DNA from: a virus
Lineage: Duplodnaviria > Caudoviricetes
Reading direction: 5' to 3' (one strand)
DNA length: 64,000 bases
IMG/VR virus record: IMGVR_UViG_3300032303_001222
Coordinates: 1,309 to 65,308 of that record
Position numbers and translations under genes: made by a program. The notes below the pieces were generated by a model that was not told the origin of the DNA, did no database searches, and worked only from the letters and a program-made list of their open reading frames with translations. Below, piece by piece: positions 8,942 through 18,785 of this stretch; within the stretch, counting starts at the first letter, position 1, and each line of letters starts with the position of its first letter.

Positions 8942-9685
8942 TTGAAAACATCATTCGCCAAGGCACCAACGGCTAAACCCGTGGCGGCGCCAACTGAAAC
9001 GGAATCAACGTCGGCATTAGCTACCCAAGAGGAAGCTACGTCGACCCTAACTGTTAGGGGTACTCCCGGCCAGGTAAACGGAGAGTTTACTGCGTCGGAC
9101 ATCGTAATCCCCTACCTCAACCTTGTCGCAAAGACTGGGGAGCTGTCTAACCAGTTCCCTGCTGGAGCCTTTGTGTACAATCGCGAGGTCATCATCGGAG
9201 ATGGCAAGAAGCCAGCTCAAATCACAGTCCTCCGAATCACAAAGTTTTACCGACAGGACTTGCCGTTTGGTACCGAGGAAACCCCAAAGACCTTCTCGAC
9301 CAAGCGTGATGTAGTCGCTGCTGGCGGACACGTTGGTTGGTCGGCAGATGCAGAAGAAGGATCTGAGAGGTACTCGGAAGCTATGGACTGCATCGTTCTT
9401 CTCAAGAGCCCAACCAAGGGTAACGCTATGTTCCCCTTCGAGTTCGGTGGTGAGAACTACGCGCTAGCCAAATGGTACATCACCAAATCGGCCTACAAGT
9501 CCGTTGGCGCGAAGCTCTTCACCGACTCGCAGATGGCTTTGAAGGACGGCATCGACACGGCTAGCTACGAGCTGACCAGTCAGATCAAGACTGCGGCGGT
9601 CGGTAGCTGGTACGTGCCAGTAGTCAAACTGAGCCAGAAACACGACGCAAAGTTTGTAGAATTTGTCCGAGGTCTACTCGGATGA
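8942..9685 (+). CDS. Probable ssDNA-binding/annealing protein
   Basis: Position between exonuclease and polymerase; DIVIPYLNLVAKTG motif and aromatic beta-rich core. Confidence 0.5.
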   Translation: MKTSFAKAPTAKPVAAPTETESTSALATQEEATSTLTVRGTPGQVNGEFTASDIVIPYLNLVAKTGELSNQFPAGAFVYNREVIIGDGKKPAQITVLRITKFYRQDLPFGTEETPKTFSTKRDVVAAGGHVGWSADAEEGSERYSEAMDCIVLLKSPTKGNAMFPFEFGGENYALAKWYITKSAYKSVGAKLFTDSQMALKDGIDTASYELTSQIKTAAVGSWYVPVVKLSQKHDAKFVEFVRGLLG

Positions 9686-10056
9686 GTAAAAAGGTTCCGG
9701 CCCATGGTGCGCAAGGAGATCTTGCGACGACTGCTGTCAGCCTCCAAGTCTTTGAAACAGGCTCGGAACCTTTTGTCCCTTCGATCTCCGAGGTCGCTGA
9801 CATGGCGGCCTCGGTGGTCAGAAGGATTATGATGCGGGGTAGCGATAAAAGTGAGTTTGGGCAGTGGTTTCACACGGACAGCATCCGTTACAACTCCGAC
9901 AGATGTATCAACCACCTCTGTCAGGCAATGATGCAGTTGGACGGGAATAAGAAATCACCAGACGCAAACGGGGAGGAACCAACCGATCACCTTGAACGAG
10001 CACTCGTGCGAGCAGCGTTCTTGTTGTTCAAAACAAAGAGAGGAATGACTTCGTGA
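9682..10056 (+). CDS. DUF5664-like (dATP/dGTP diphosphohydrolase-related) protein
   Basis: RG.DK...W...RY..DR..NHL...D...DHLERA...A.FL resembles the DUF5664 pattern, but divergent. Confidence 0.45.
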   Translation: MSKKVPAHGAQGDLATTAVSLQVFETGSEPFVPSISEVADMAASVVRRIMMRGSDKSEFGQWFHTDSIRYNSDRCINHLCQAMMQLDGNKKSPDANGEEPTDHLERALVRAAFLLFKTKRGMTS

Positions 10057-11513
10057 AACGAAAAAAGAAGATTTCAACAGTTATGCGGAAAGAAGCGAAA
10101 AAGGTTAACGATTACCGAGATGAGGAGATTGGTAAGATTACAATCCAGGCCATTCGTGATCTGGATATGTGCGAAATCGTAATGGAGACGGACGACGAGA
10201 CTTTTGAGAAGGTGGCTTCGATGGGCAAGGAACTCATCAAGGCTGATAAACAGGAACTTTTCGGATATGCGGTCAAAAAGGCGATCGAGGACACGTTGAA
10301 AGAGAGAGGAGTTCTCAAATGATTTTGGAGCTACTTGACTCTTGGCTCCTATCGCTCTTCGTGAGACTAGGAAATAGGTGGTTTGAAAATGTAGCGTTTA
10401 GCTGCGACCCGAAGACAGAACGTGTTCGACACATAATCTTTGCCCAGGACAGAAGGTGGCTTGCGAAGACTATCGATCTGATTGAAGCGCAGGGGAAAAA
10501 GAAATGATCGTTCAGCTAAAACCAGAGCTCTTCGTCTACACGCCGAAAGGTGAAGGAATGGCTTGGATGATTACGGACTACGGGATTGAGCATAACAAGG
10601 TTTGGACCGTAGCTCTTCGTGACGGCCGGGTAATGGACTTTTGCCAAAGGGACATCACTCGACCAGAAAATCTTACCTACGGCATCGAAGAACCAAATAA
10701 CCCAGAAAGGGCATCATATTATGGTTACTGAAACAGTAATTGTACTCCTCTCCTATGTATTTGGAGGGGTAAGCGGATCTCTCATAACTCTTTTTTGGCT
10801 GTTCTGGTCGAAGAGAACTGAGTTCCACACCACCTCGTATACGACCGCATCGGGACGGCCAGCCGCTTACGTCAACTACACCTTTCCGAAGGGTAGTTTT
10901 AACTCGAAGGTGTGGCCTTTTCGGAAGGCAGAAGAAGTCTTCGCAAAGCGGAAGGGTAGAAAATGAACTTTGGCGAGTTTTGCTTAACGGCGGTGTGTCT
11001 CATTTTGGGGGCAATGCTGCTGACTACGATATGTGCGTTTTTAGTGTGGCTATACGAGGATTGGAAAAAGAACAGGAGGGACTGGTGAACGAAGTGAACC
11101 AACAGATTAAAGACTTATGGGAACGGGTATCTCAGCTTGAGGCCGAGGTGCGCGAACTTAAGAAAAACCAGTGGGCTTTTGAACCTTTGAAAGAAAGGGT
11201 CGAAGTCATTGGCGGGTATTACCCAAACGTCAACACAACTGGCGCTGGGATTCAGTAAACACATAAACCAAAAGGAGGAAATATGAGTGCAGAACTTACT
11301 ATTCGAATCACTGAAGACGCGGAAAAGAAGGAACTAAACCTAGAGGTCAAAGCCACTCAGGACAACGGAACCGAGTTGGAAAAAGCGATTGTGACTCGCT
11401 TGAAGCCCTATATCGAGGCTTGTCTGGATGGGTTTGAAGGACAAGCGATAGAAAACGAAAAAAGAAATGAAGAGATCGAGGCTGCCCAACAGTCGAGGAT
11501 CATTCTCCCATAA
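10053..11513 (+). CDS. Cluster of about seven small hypothetical genes (10053-10322, 10319-10507, 10504-10731, 10721-10966, 10963-11088, 11085-11258, 11283-11513)
   Basis: Head-to-tail ORFs with stop/start overlaps. Two have single TM helices (10721, 10963). Confidence 0.6.
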
Positions 11514-11518
11514 CGTAC

Positions 11519-13285
11519 GTGGACACGTACGCTATTGACTTTGAAACCACTTACAGCTCCGACAACAACATAGGCCAACTGGGTCAGTGGCACTATCTCC
11601 GAAACCCGGAGACAGATGTTTACATGGTTTCTGTTGTTGGCCCTGGGGTGAGTTTCGTGGGTGCTCCTAAAGATGCACCTTGGGACGTCATAGACGGCCA
11701 CAGGTGGATTGCGCACAACTACTCCTTCGATGGGGCTGTAATGGAAGTCTTGGCAGAGCGAGGTGTGACCAAAGCGAAGCCTAAGGAGTTCTTTTGCACG
11801 GCTAACCTCTCTGCCTTTATGGGAGCACCTAGAGCTCTGGGTGGAGCGTCCCAGGAGCTCCTTGGCAAAGTCGTGGATAAAGATCCTCGAGCTTTTATGA
11901 AGGGCAAGTCTTGGCGAGAAGCTGTGGCTTTGGGCAAGGAGCAAGAAATCAAGAAATACGCTATGACCGACGCAAACTCTTGTCTTGAGCTGTACTCAAG
12001 TTTTGGTGATCGGATGCCAGAAATGGAAAAGGCTCTTTCGGCTCACACGGTACAAATGGGCTGGAGAGGGTTTAGTGTGGATAGCGGGCTTGTCGACAAA
12101 GGCTTAAACACGTTGGATTGGGTTAGGATTAAGGCGTCTGAGAAGCTACCTTGGAAAGATGATGACGATCATACGGGAGATGTTCTCAAGATGGGTGGCT
12201 TGGCAAAAGCCTGTCGTGAAGCCGGAATCGAAGTTCCTTCGTCTACCTCCGAAGACGACCCCGCGTGTCAGCGTTGGGAAGAAGAATACGGAGAGGCGTA
12301 CCCGTGGGTCGCAGCAATGCGAGACTGGCGAAAAGCCAATATGCTCTTTGCAAAGCTCGAAATCCTCTGGAAGAGGCGGAGGCCGGACGGAACAGTCCCT
12401 TACGGATTAAAATACTTTGGAGCTCAGACGGGTCGCTGGTCGGGTGACTCGAAGTTCAATGTCCAGAATTTGCCTAAAGGGGATATGTTCGGAGTCGATC
12501 TCCGTGCGTGTATCGTCCCGCGAGCTGGGAAGAAGTTTATCATCTCAGATCTGGCTCAGATTGAACCCAGAGTTCTCGCCTGGTTGTGCGGAGACGAAGT
12601 CCTTCTAGACGCAGTTCGTAAAGGATACGGCATCTATGAGGCTTTTGCGGTCTCGAGCGGAATGTGGAAAGGTGCGAAAGGAACTCTCAAAAAGACAGAT
12701 CCAGCTATCTACGCTCTCTCCAAGGCTCAGGTACTAGGGCTTGGTTATGGCTGCGGGGCTAAGAAGTTCGTTTTGGTTTCCAAGCTGATGGCTGGTCTTG
12801 ACATCGATCAGACAAGATCAAAAGAGATCGTCGATTCGTACCGCCGGAAGAACACCAAAGTCGTAGCTCTCTGGAACCAGTTGGAGCGTGGCTTTAAGGG
12901 CAGTCACAACGAGGACTATATGGTGGAACTTCCGTCGGGACGGCAACAGAAGTATTTCGGAATCACAACTCAGAGAGGCACGATGGGAAAACCCGACTGG
13001 CGCGCGAGTGTCACGCTAGGAGGACCGAAGTTTGCCTTCTGGGGCGGAAAGCTAACCGAGAACCTTGTCCAGGCGGCGGCTAGGGACGTTTTTGGTGAGG
13101 CAATCCTACGGCTTGAGAAAGCTGGTCTGCCTGTCGTCGCGCATATCCACGACGAAGTGATTCTTGAAGTCGACAAGGACGTTACATGCGCGGACGTCGA
13201 CAACCTTATGGCGGTTACGCCCGAATGGCTTCAGGGGTGCCCAATCGCTGCCGAATCACACGAAGCCGAGTGCTATCAAAAATGA
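11519..13285 (+). CDS. polA: Family A DNA polymerase with 3'-5' exonuclease
   Basis: Exo I AIDFET, Exo II AHNYSFD, Exo III YAMTDA, TGRWSG..NVQNLP, motif A DLAQIEPR, motif B KAQVLGLGYG, motif C HIHDEV. Confidence 0.95.
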   Translation: MDTYAIDFETTYSSDNNIGQLGQWHYLRNPETDVYMVSVVGPGVSFVGAPKDAPWDVIDGHRWIAHNYSFDGAVMEVLAERGVTKAKPKEFFCTANLSAFMGAPRALGGASQELLGKVVDKDPRAFMKGKSWREAVALGKEQEIKKYAMTDANSCLELYSSFGDRMPEMEKALSAHTVQMGWRGFSVDSGLVDKGLNTLDWVRIKASEKLPWKDDDDHTGDVLKMGGLAKACREAGIEVPSSTSEDDPACQRWEEEYGEAYPWVAAMRDWRKANMLFAKLEILWKRRRPDGTVPYGLKYFGAQTGRWSGDSKFNVQNLPKGDMFGVDLRACIVPRAGKKFIISDLAQIEPRVLAWLCGDEVLLDAVRKGYGIYEAFAVSSGMWKGAKGTLKKTDPAIYALSKAQVLGLGYGCGAKKFVLVSKLMAGLDIDQTRSKEIVDSYRRKNTKVVALWNQLERGFKGSHNEDYMVELPSGRQQKYFGITTQRGTMGKPDWRASVTLGGPKFAFWGGKLTENLVQAAARDVFGEAILRLEKAGLPVVAHIHDEVILEVDKDVTCADVDNLMAVTPEWLQGCPIAAESHEAECYQK

Positions 13286-15405
13286 ACACCACCTTATTTA
13301 AAATACCCAACCTCCGAGCCAGAACAGCCGCACCCATCAAACCTTGGGACGGCAAAATCGAAATACCAAATTTTGCGAACAAAGAAGCGTTCCGTGCGTG
13401 GGCGAGCGACGAAACAACTGACTCTGTTTTTGTATCGGGATTCGAAGGAGTTAACCCCCACACGCGGGTAAATAAAAATAACGAACCTTGCAAGATGCAC
13501 GGACTGATTGCCGATTACGATACTCCCCTCACCGACGAGATATTGTTGGAGGGGTTGGCCAGAGGATCAAAGCCTGGATGGAAGCCGATGTTCGCCCATA
13601 AAACTTTCTCCAGCGGGGCTCGTGTCGTCTGGATGTTTGAAGAACCTATCCACGTCCTACCCGGTGTACTGAAAGAGTTCCTAGGGCTGTTGGTGAAAGA
13701 GACCAAGGCGAAGAACATGTTCCCGAGGATGGACGACGCGATCCTCAAGCCCGACCAATACTACGCTTGGATGCCGGGGGCAATTAAGTTCGCAGACCAA
13801 CCCATACGATCCGAAGCTCTTCATAGCGTCCTTGCTGAGGCTGTCGAGAAATCAAAGAAATATCGCGGCGAAGGAGAGGTGGCCATACCGCTCGACAAGA
13901 TCTATCAAAAGATCCAAGAGGTTTACCCTGGTCGCTGGACTGGCTCGTTCGAGGAAGGAATGCGTGGACCTTTGTTCTGGATGGAGGACGGAGTTGACAG
14001 AGTAGGATCCCAGGTCACCAAAACTGGAATGATTTCGTACTCAACCAGAAGCCCGAAAGGCTTTATGACGTGGGCAGATCTATTCGGTGCAGGCTGGGTT
14101 AGGGAGTTCCAAGAAGATCGTTTCGGTGGACCTATGCAGAGCTACTGGTTTGATGGGAAATATTATTGGAAGCGGGATCTAGAACGCTTCTGGCAGTCCC
14201 AAGAAAGTGGTAATACTCGCCACGATATTGTTGGTACTTTTGGACTAAGCGCTGCTCCTGATTCGAGGGGTTCTTTGTCAGAGGCTGACGAGGCTTTACG
14301 GCGTATCCGAGAAGGTCGACGAGTCCACGGCGCTATCCCCTGTTTGTACGATCCTCGTGAAGCCGTAATGCGGAACGGCAAGCGGATCCTTAACATCTCC
14401 AAGACCCGCGTGATGCAGCCAGAGGAGAAGTCTGGTGGTTGGGGCGAGAACTTCCCTTGGCTGGCCAAGTTCCTCGACCAAGCCATCGATCCAATTGAGT
14501 CGCTCCCATTCCTAATGGCGTGGCTCAAACGGTTCTACACATCGGCTCTCGAGGGAAAACTCCTACCAGGGCAAGCCGTGTTTATCGCGGGACCAGTAGG
14601 CCAAGGCAAAACGTTCTTTGGAACAGAGATCGTTGCTAGGTTGATGGGTGGCGGTTGCGATGCATCCGACTATCTCGTCCAAGGGTCGTCCTTCAACGCA
14701 GAGCTGTTTGAGGTTGCTCTGTGGAATGTCGACGATTCGTCCAGCGCTGATTCTGCGGAAGCCCACAAGCGGTTCAGCCGGATGATTAAACGTGGCGTGG
14801 CCAATACCAAGCACACGTACCATCGCAAATTTCACGATGCGGAAACCGTCAACTGGAACGGACGAATCATCGATACACTCAACGACGATCCAGAATCAAT
14901 CCAAGCTGTTCCACACACCGACGGCTCGATCCTCGACAAGATCAGTCTATTCAAGTTTCAAGGGCACAAGCTCTTTGAGAATATTGGTTATCTTGAGCTC
15001 GAAGCCACCTTGGAGAACGAGCTCCCACACTTCGCGGCGTGGCTACGGGATTGGGAAGTTCCCGAGGAGTTTTTGGGATCGAAGCGGTACGGAGTAAAAT
15101 CCTACCACCACCCAATGCTCCTAGCCGAATCCCGTGCGTCCTCGAGCGTTAACGGCTTCAGCGAATTTCTTGATCTATTCCTCCGCAACTATCGTGCGGA
15201 TAACCCAAAGGCAATTGATTGGAAAGGCACGTCGACTGAACTGCTCCTAGCTCTTCAGAACGATGCTTCCCTCCAGAGCTCGGTAAAGATGTTTGTCAGC
15301 AACTCACGGTCGTTAGGCCGGATGCTGGCGAGCCTTGCTGCCACAGGCGACAAGGTAGAACGGAAGACACACGATGGCGTGACTATTTGGAGAATAACCC
15401 TATGA
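13282..15405 (+). CDS. Primase-polymerase fused to SF3/D5-like helicase
   Basis: N-terminal GLIADYD and HKTFSSGARVVW prim-pol motifs; C-terminal Walker A GPVGQGKT and WNVDD Walker B. Confidence 0.82.
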   Translation: MNTTLFKIPNLRARTAAPIKPWDGKIEIPNFANKEAFRAWASDETTDSVFVSGFEGVNPHTRVNKNNEPCKMHGLIADYDTPLTDEILLEGLARGSKPGWKPMFAHKTFSSGARVVWMFEEPIHVLPGVLKEFLGLLVKETKAKNMFPRMDDAILKPDQYYAWMPGAIKFADQPIRSEALHSVLAEAVEKSKKYRGEGEVAIPLDKIYQKIQEVYPGRWTGSFEEGMRGPLFWMEDGVDRVGSQVTKTGMISYSTRSPKGFMTWADLFGAGWVREFQEDRFGGPMQSYWFDGKYYWKRDLERFWQSQESGNTRHDIVGTFGLSAAPDSRGSLSEADEALRRIREGRRVHGAIPCLYDPREAVMRNGKRILNISKTRVMQPEEKSGGWGENFPWLAKFLDQAIDPIESLPFLMAWLKRFYTSALEGKLLPGQAVFIAGPVGQGKTFFGTEIVARLMGGGCDASDYLVQGSSFNAELFEVALWNVDDSSSADSAEAHKRFSRMIKRGVANTKHTYHRKFHDAETVNWNGRIIDTLNDDPESIQAVPHTDGSILDKISLFKFQGHKLFENIGYLELEATLENELPHFAAWLRDWEVPEEFLGSKRYGVKSYHHPMLLAESRASSSVNGFSEFLDLFLRNYRADNPKAIDWKGTSTELLLALQNDASLQSSVKMFVSNSRSLGRMLASLAATGDKVERKTHDGVTIWRITL

Positions 15406-15948
15406 GCGTAAAGCGACTAACCTGGTTGGAAGAAATCTTAGAGCGTGCAGAGAAAAGTCTTAAGGATGAGAAACCAGCAATGGCAAAGACCCGCGTCGCT
15501 ATGGCTCGAGCCATTACCAAGGAGCTTCTAAAGCGGGCAAAGGAACACCAAAAGCGAGATATGGAAAAGAAAGCTGGAGCATAGGGGTTGACCTTTCCCC
15601 TTTGAGATTACATTCGACTTATGGCTGCGAAAAAACAAAAACCACTTTGCGTCCATTGCTTAGCCGCGATCTACAACGGAATGGATCAGTGCAACCAATG
15701 CTTCATTCGTTCTACCGGGAAAAGGATTAAGTCGCACGTGCCTGAGCAGAAAAGCAAATTTGGCAAGTGGAAGACGGCGAAGTATGGTCGAAGAGACTGA
15801 TAATTCTGGTCTTGGGGATGTGGATCTCCCGGATCTTGAACCAAGCATTGCGTACCTTACCGCAGAAGGCTTCATTGAATGGTACTTCGATAAGGACGGC
15901 GAGCTGTGCCTCCGATTAAGCGAGGCTGCGATCGAGATGGGTCTTTGA
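15402..15948 (+). CDS. Three small hypothetical genes (15402-15584; 15621-15800 CxxC zinc finger; 15784-15948 acidic)
   Basis: Manual ORF MAAKKQKPLCVHC...CNQC and two ORF-track ORFs. Confidence 0.5.
15588..15614 (+). promoter_or_regulatory. Promoter TTGACC-N15-TACATT, 6 nt before ATG 15621
   Basis: Read directly from the sequence; leaderless geometry. Confidence 0.55.
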
Positions 15949-15954
15949 GGTGCC

Positions 15955-15981
15955 TTGACAGAATTTAAACTAAGATAAATT
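15955..15981 (+). promoter_or_regulatory. Promoter TTGACA-N15-TAAATT, 7 nt before ATG 15989
   Basis: Read directly from the sequence; leaderless geometry. Confidence 0.55.
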
Positions 15982-15988
15982 TGTATTT

Positions 15989-16294
15989 ATGCCCTACGAC
16001 GGTGATCCGACATCAAACGAAAACAAAGCTCTGTATAACCTAAACGAATTGGCGCAGGTTTCTCTGGGCCAAAACGGATTTGTTTTTGTGAACTCCACGA
16101 CTGCTCAGACAGGAAGCTTTGGGGCAATCCAGGTTATAGCTTCTGGAACCACAACCTTCAGCGCATTGTCGGCTTCAAACTCAACTGTTACAGGTTTGAC
16201 TTCGGAAGCTCTCTCGGCTGGTACAGTTATTTACGGACCGTTTACTGGATTCACATTGACCTCGGGAAGCAAAGTCATCGCCTACAAGGCATAA
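15989..16294 (+). CDS. Probable minor structural protein
   Basis: Ser/Thr/Gly-rich beta-strand composition typical of virion decoration proteins. Confidence 0.5.
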   Translation: MPYDGDPTSNENKALYNLNELAQVSLGQNGFVFVNSTTAQTGSFGAIQVIASGTTTFSALSASNSTVTGLTSEALSAGTVIYGPFTGFTLTSGSKVIAYKA

Positions 16295-16300
16295 ACTGCC

Positions 16301-16810
16301 ATGCCGAAACTCGGCGTAGGCTTAAACTTGTCGGTTCCTAAGATTGGTGCTGCTGCACCCAGCGGGATTCCTGTGGCTAGCACCTCAAGCATAACAATAT
16401 CTGGGAATGGTCAGTATAGCGGAACATATGAAAGAGTTGGGCAGGGTGGAATTATTCTTAATACTTATTCTACAATCGAAAATGATGGTTTTGATAAATA
16501 TGCTGTAAACGGAGGATATGTTTATAGAAAACCTCTTAATCAAAACATAGCTTCCTTTACTTATAATGGTGTTCTTTTAATTCCACCTGGTGTTACAATT
16601 AGAGGTATAGCGGGTTCTAATGAACCAAATGTAGATCAATTTAACGGGCCATTCGATACTTGGGTATTAATGAATCCTTATTATGACGAGTCTTGGGGAG
16701 TTTCCCAAACTTTTGCAGTAAATGCATCTACAAATGCATCAATTATCCCTACCTCTGGATGGGAGGACAGGGCAGGGCTTGTAGGAACTCCGACCATCAC
16801 CGCCGCTTGA
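16301..16810 (+). CDS. Structural-type protein, paralog A
   Basis: Starts MPKLGVGL..PKIGAAAPSGI and ends IIPTSGW...TITAA; paralogous to the next gene. Confidence 0.55.
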   Translation: MPKLGVGLNLSVPKIGAAAPSGIPVASTSSITISGNGQYSGTYERVGQGGIILNTYSTIENDGFDKYAVNGGYVYRKPLNQNIASFTYNGVLLIPPGVTIRGIAGSNEPNVDQFNGPFDTWVLMNPYYDESWGVSQTFAVNASTNASIIPTSGWEDRAGLVGTPTITAA

Positions 16811-16814
16811 TTTT

Positions 16815-17300
16815 ATGCCAAGACTATCTTTAGGACTAGGGGTGCATAACATCCCCAAGGTTGGTGGAGCAGCCGCACCTAGTGGGATTGTTGTAGCCAC
16901 AACAAACGCAGTTAATATATCTGGAAATAACAACGTTGTTCCAAACGGCACATATACAAAAGTTACTTCAACGGCAACAAGAGTGGCTGGCGCTCTTATC
17001 AGCGATAAAATGTTTGTAGCTACTGGCTTGGTCTACTTAAAAGAAACAGGATATGGAGATTTCAATTATCCGACCCAGGCATACGGATATATTCTTATTC
17101 CACCAAACACAACATTCACAGCAACATGGTTTAATCCACTTCCATCTGAAACATTTTGGCGGGCTGGAAAGGTTTATGCCTTTTCGGGGGAGGAAAGCGA
17201 AGATTTTGCATTTGCTAACCCAAATAACAACTCATCCACAGACGCAACAATTATTCCGACATCTGGTTGGAATTACGCCATCACCATCACCGCTGCTTGA
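16815..17300 (+). CDS. Structural-type protein, paralog B
   Basis: Starts MPRLSLGL..PKVGGAAAPSGI and ends IIPTSGW..ITITAA. Confidence 0.55.
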   Translation: MPRLSLGLGVHNIPKVGGAAAPSGIVVATTNAVNISGNNNVVPNGTYTKVTSTATRVAGALISDKMFVATGLVYLKETGYGDFNYPTQAYGYILIPPNTTFTATWFNPLPSETFWRAGKVYAFSGEESEDFAFANPNNNSSTDATIIPTSGWNYAITITAA

Positions 17301-17328
17301 TGTTGCCTTTGCGTTGTAACCACAAGCT

Positions 17329-17570
17329 TTTACAGCTAAGGGAAATAGCCTATTTGCGTAAGTGGTTAACGCATAGGGCTTAACGGAAAGTGGATTAGGG
17401 GATCGAAAAAACATATCGCGGCCATAGAAAAACAAAATGGCCTTGGCAAAAATAAATCTGCAAACCAACGATATAAAAATAATCCACTTTAATCCTACTT
17501 AGCTGTAAATATATAATAATAAGGTAGATACCAAGTGGATTAGACAAATTTGGTCAAAAATAATCCACTT
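17329..17570. repeat. Non-coding block with four alternating 10-bp TAATCCACTT repeats and a 12-bp inverted repeat
   Basis: AAGTGGATTA 17388 and 17533; TAATCCACTT 17480 and 17561; TTTACAGCTAAG 17329 versus CTTAGCTGTAAA 17498; AT-rich. Confidence 0.75.
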
Positions 17571-17613
17571 ACAGCTGTTACCCACTACCCGCCAAGGACT
17601 TACCAACTAAGAA

Positions 17614-17790
17614 CTAGTTATTCTTTGCATTGCGCCTCTTGTGTAGGCGACGGTTATATAGCCCTTTCAGGATAAGGTCGTAGGTGGTGGCTAGGATCAT
17701 CCAGGTAACGACTAGGGCTAGGGTGACTATTGATATCCCAACGACCCATGCTGTGAGCATGAGCAGGTTGTATAGGAGGCCGTCAATCAC
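17614..17790 (-). CDS. Small membrane protein
   Basis: MIDGLLYNLLMLTAWVVGISIVTLALVVTWMILA...KRRNAKNN: hydrophobic helix with a basic tail. Confidence 0.45.
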   Translation of the reverse strand: MIDGLLYNLLMLTAWVVGISIVTLALVVTWMILATTYDLILKGLYNRRLHKRRNAKNN

Positions 17791-17947
17791 CCTTCACCCT
17801 CCAACCGATCATCGATCTGGTCTTTATCCTTATCCTTGAAGTCCATGGGGTCTCTTGAGAAGACACCTTTAGCATCCAAGAATTCGAGCATAGCGGCCTC
17901 TTCCCGGGCCTTTCGCTCATTGTCTTGGTCAGGAGTGGTCAAGACTA

Positions 17948-18091
17948 CTACCTACGTGAGGCAGCCGCGTTATCTACCAAATTAGGGTACCTGCGACCTG
18001 CCGCCCTAGCCCGAGCCTTTGCCCAAGCCTTATCACGAGGGGAAAGCTTTTTGCTTTTGCCAGCGGGGCTTTGTTTTTCCCAGAACTTCAT
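17948..18091 (-). CDS. Small basic phage protein
   Basis: MKFWEKQSPAGKSKKLSP...AKARARAAGRRYPNLVDN, a motif I recognise from aquatic phage late regions. Confidence 0.55.
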   Translation of the reverse strand: MKFWEKQSPAGKSKKLSPRDKAWAKARARAAGRRYPNLVDNAAASRR

Positions 18092-18348
18092 CAGCAGCCC
18101 CAAAGAACCTTCCGGGACCAGTAATTCGCGGATAGCTTCCCGTCCCCTCCCTTGATCCCACCTGACCTAGCGCAATAGCTCTTGCGACGCTTCTGGCTGT
18201 GGTGCTGGCGATAATCTTTCATTGAACTATCCCCGAAGTGAACGAGACGCTCTTTCCCATTTGCACAGGCTTTGACCATCATCTTCTTTCCGGGCCTCGT
18301 ACTTTTACGGGGCACGTTGCATTTCATGTTGGCCTTACCTAGGGGCAT
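18091..18348 (-). CDS. Basic conserved phage protein
   Basis: LVHFGD..M...KRRKSYCARS.G...KLSANYWS motif. Confidence 0.6.
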   Translation of the reverse strand: MPLGKANMKCNVPRKSTRPGKKMMVKACANGKERLVHFGDSSMKDYRQHHSQKRRKSYCARSGGIKGGDGKLSANYWSRKVLWGC

Positions 18349-18352
18349 AACA

Positions 18353-18784
18353 TTATTTAAAGGAGCGGATCTTGTAGATGGTTCGGTTGATCAAAGCCTG
18401 AATCTCATCAATCTCGTTTTGAATCTCTGAGTCGGAAGCGACCGAGTACCTATTAGTCATCACAAATTCGCTGAGGTCGCTTAGGAATTTCTCGGAAGAG
18501 TTGGTGTCCAATTCCATCTCAAAAGGATAGTTTTCAATAATTCCGTACTTGCCTTGATACGACTCGACAAGGTCATCAACCAACTCGACCACCTCATCGT
18601 AGAACTTCCCAAGAGCTTTGTGTTCAGAAGCAGATCTCGATCGAAAATGCAACTGATGAGCAATTGTTGCAGAATGCAGAAGAGTGGCGACAAAGTCACC
18701 AACTGGGTTGGCCGTATCCTCAGATTCATCCATAGGGACTTCTTTTGTTACGGGCATTTTCATTTTCATATTTCCTAGTGGCAT
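18353..18784 (-). CDS. Ferritin/Dps-like four-helix protein (DUF5856-like)
   Basis: AHQLH...EHKALGKFYD...DDLVESYQGKYG di-metal-type motif. Confidence 0.7.
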   Translation of the reverse strand: MPLGNMKMKMPVTKEVPMDESEDTANPVGDFVATLLHSATIAHQLHFRSRSASEHKALGKFYDEVVELVDDLVESYQGKYGIIENYPFEMELDTNSSEKFLSDLSEFVMTNRYSVASDSEIQNEIDEIQALINRTIYKIRSFK

Positions 18785-18785
18785 A

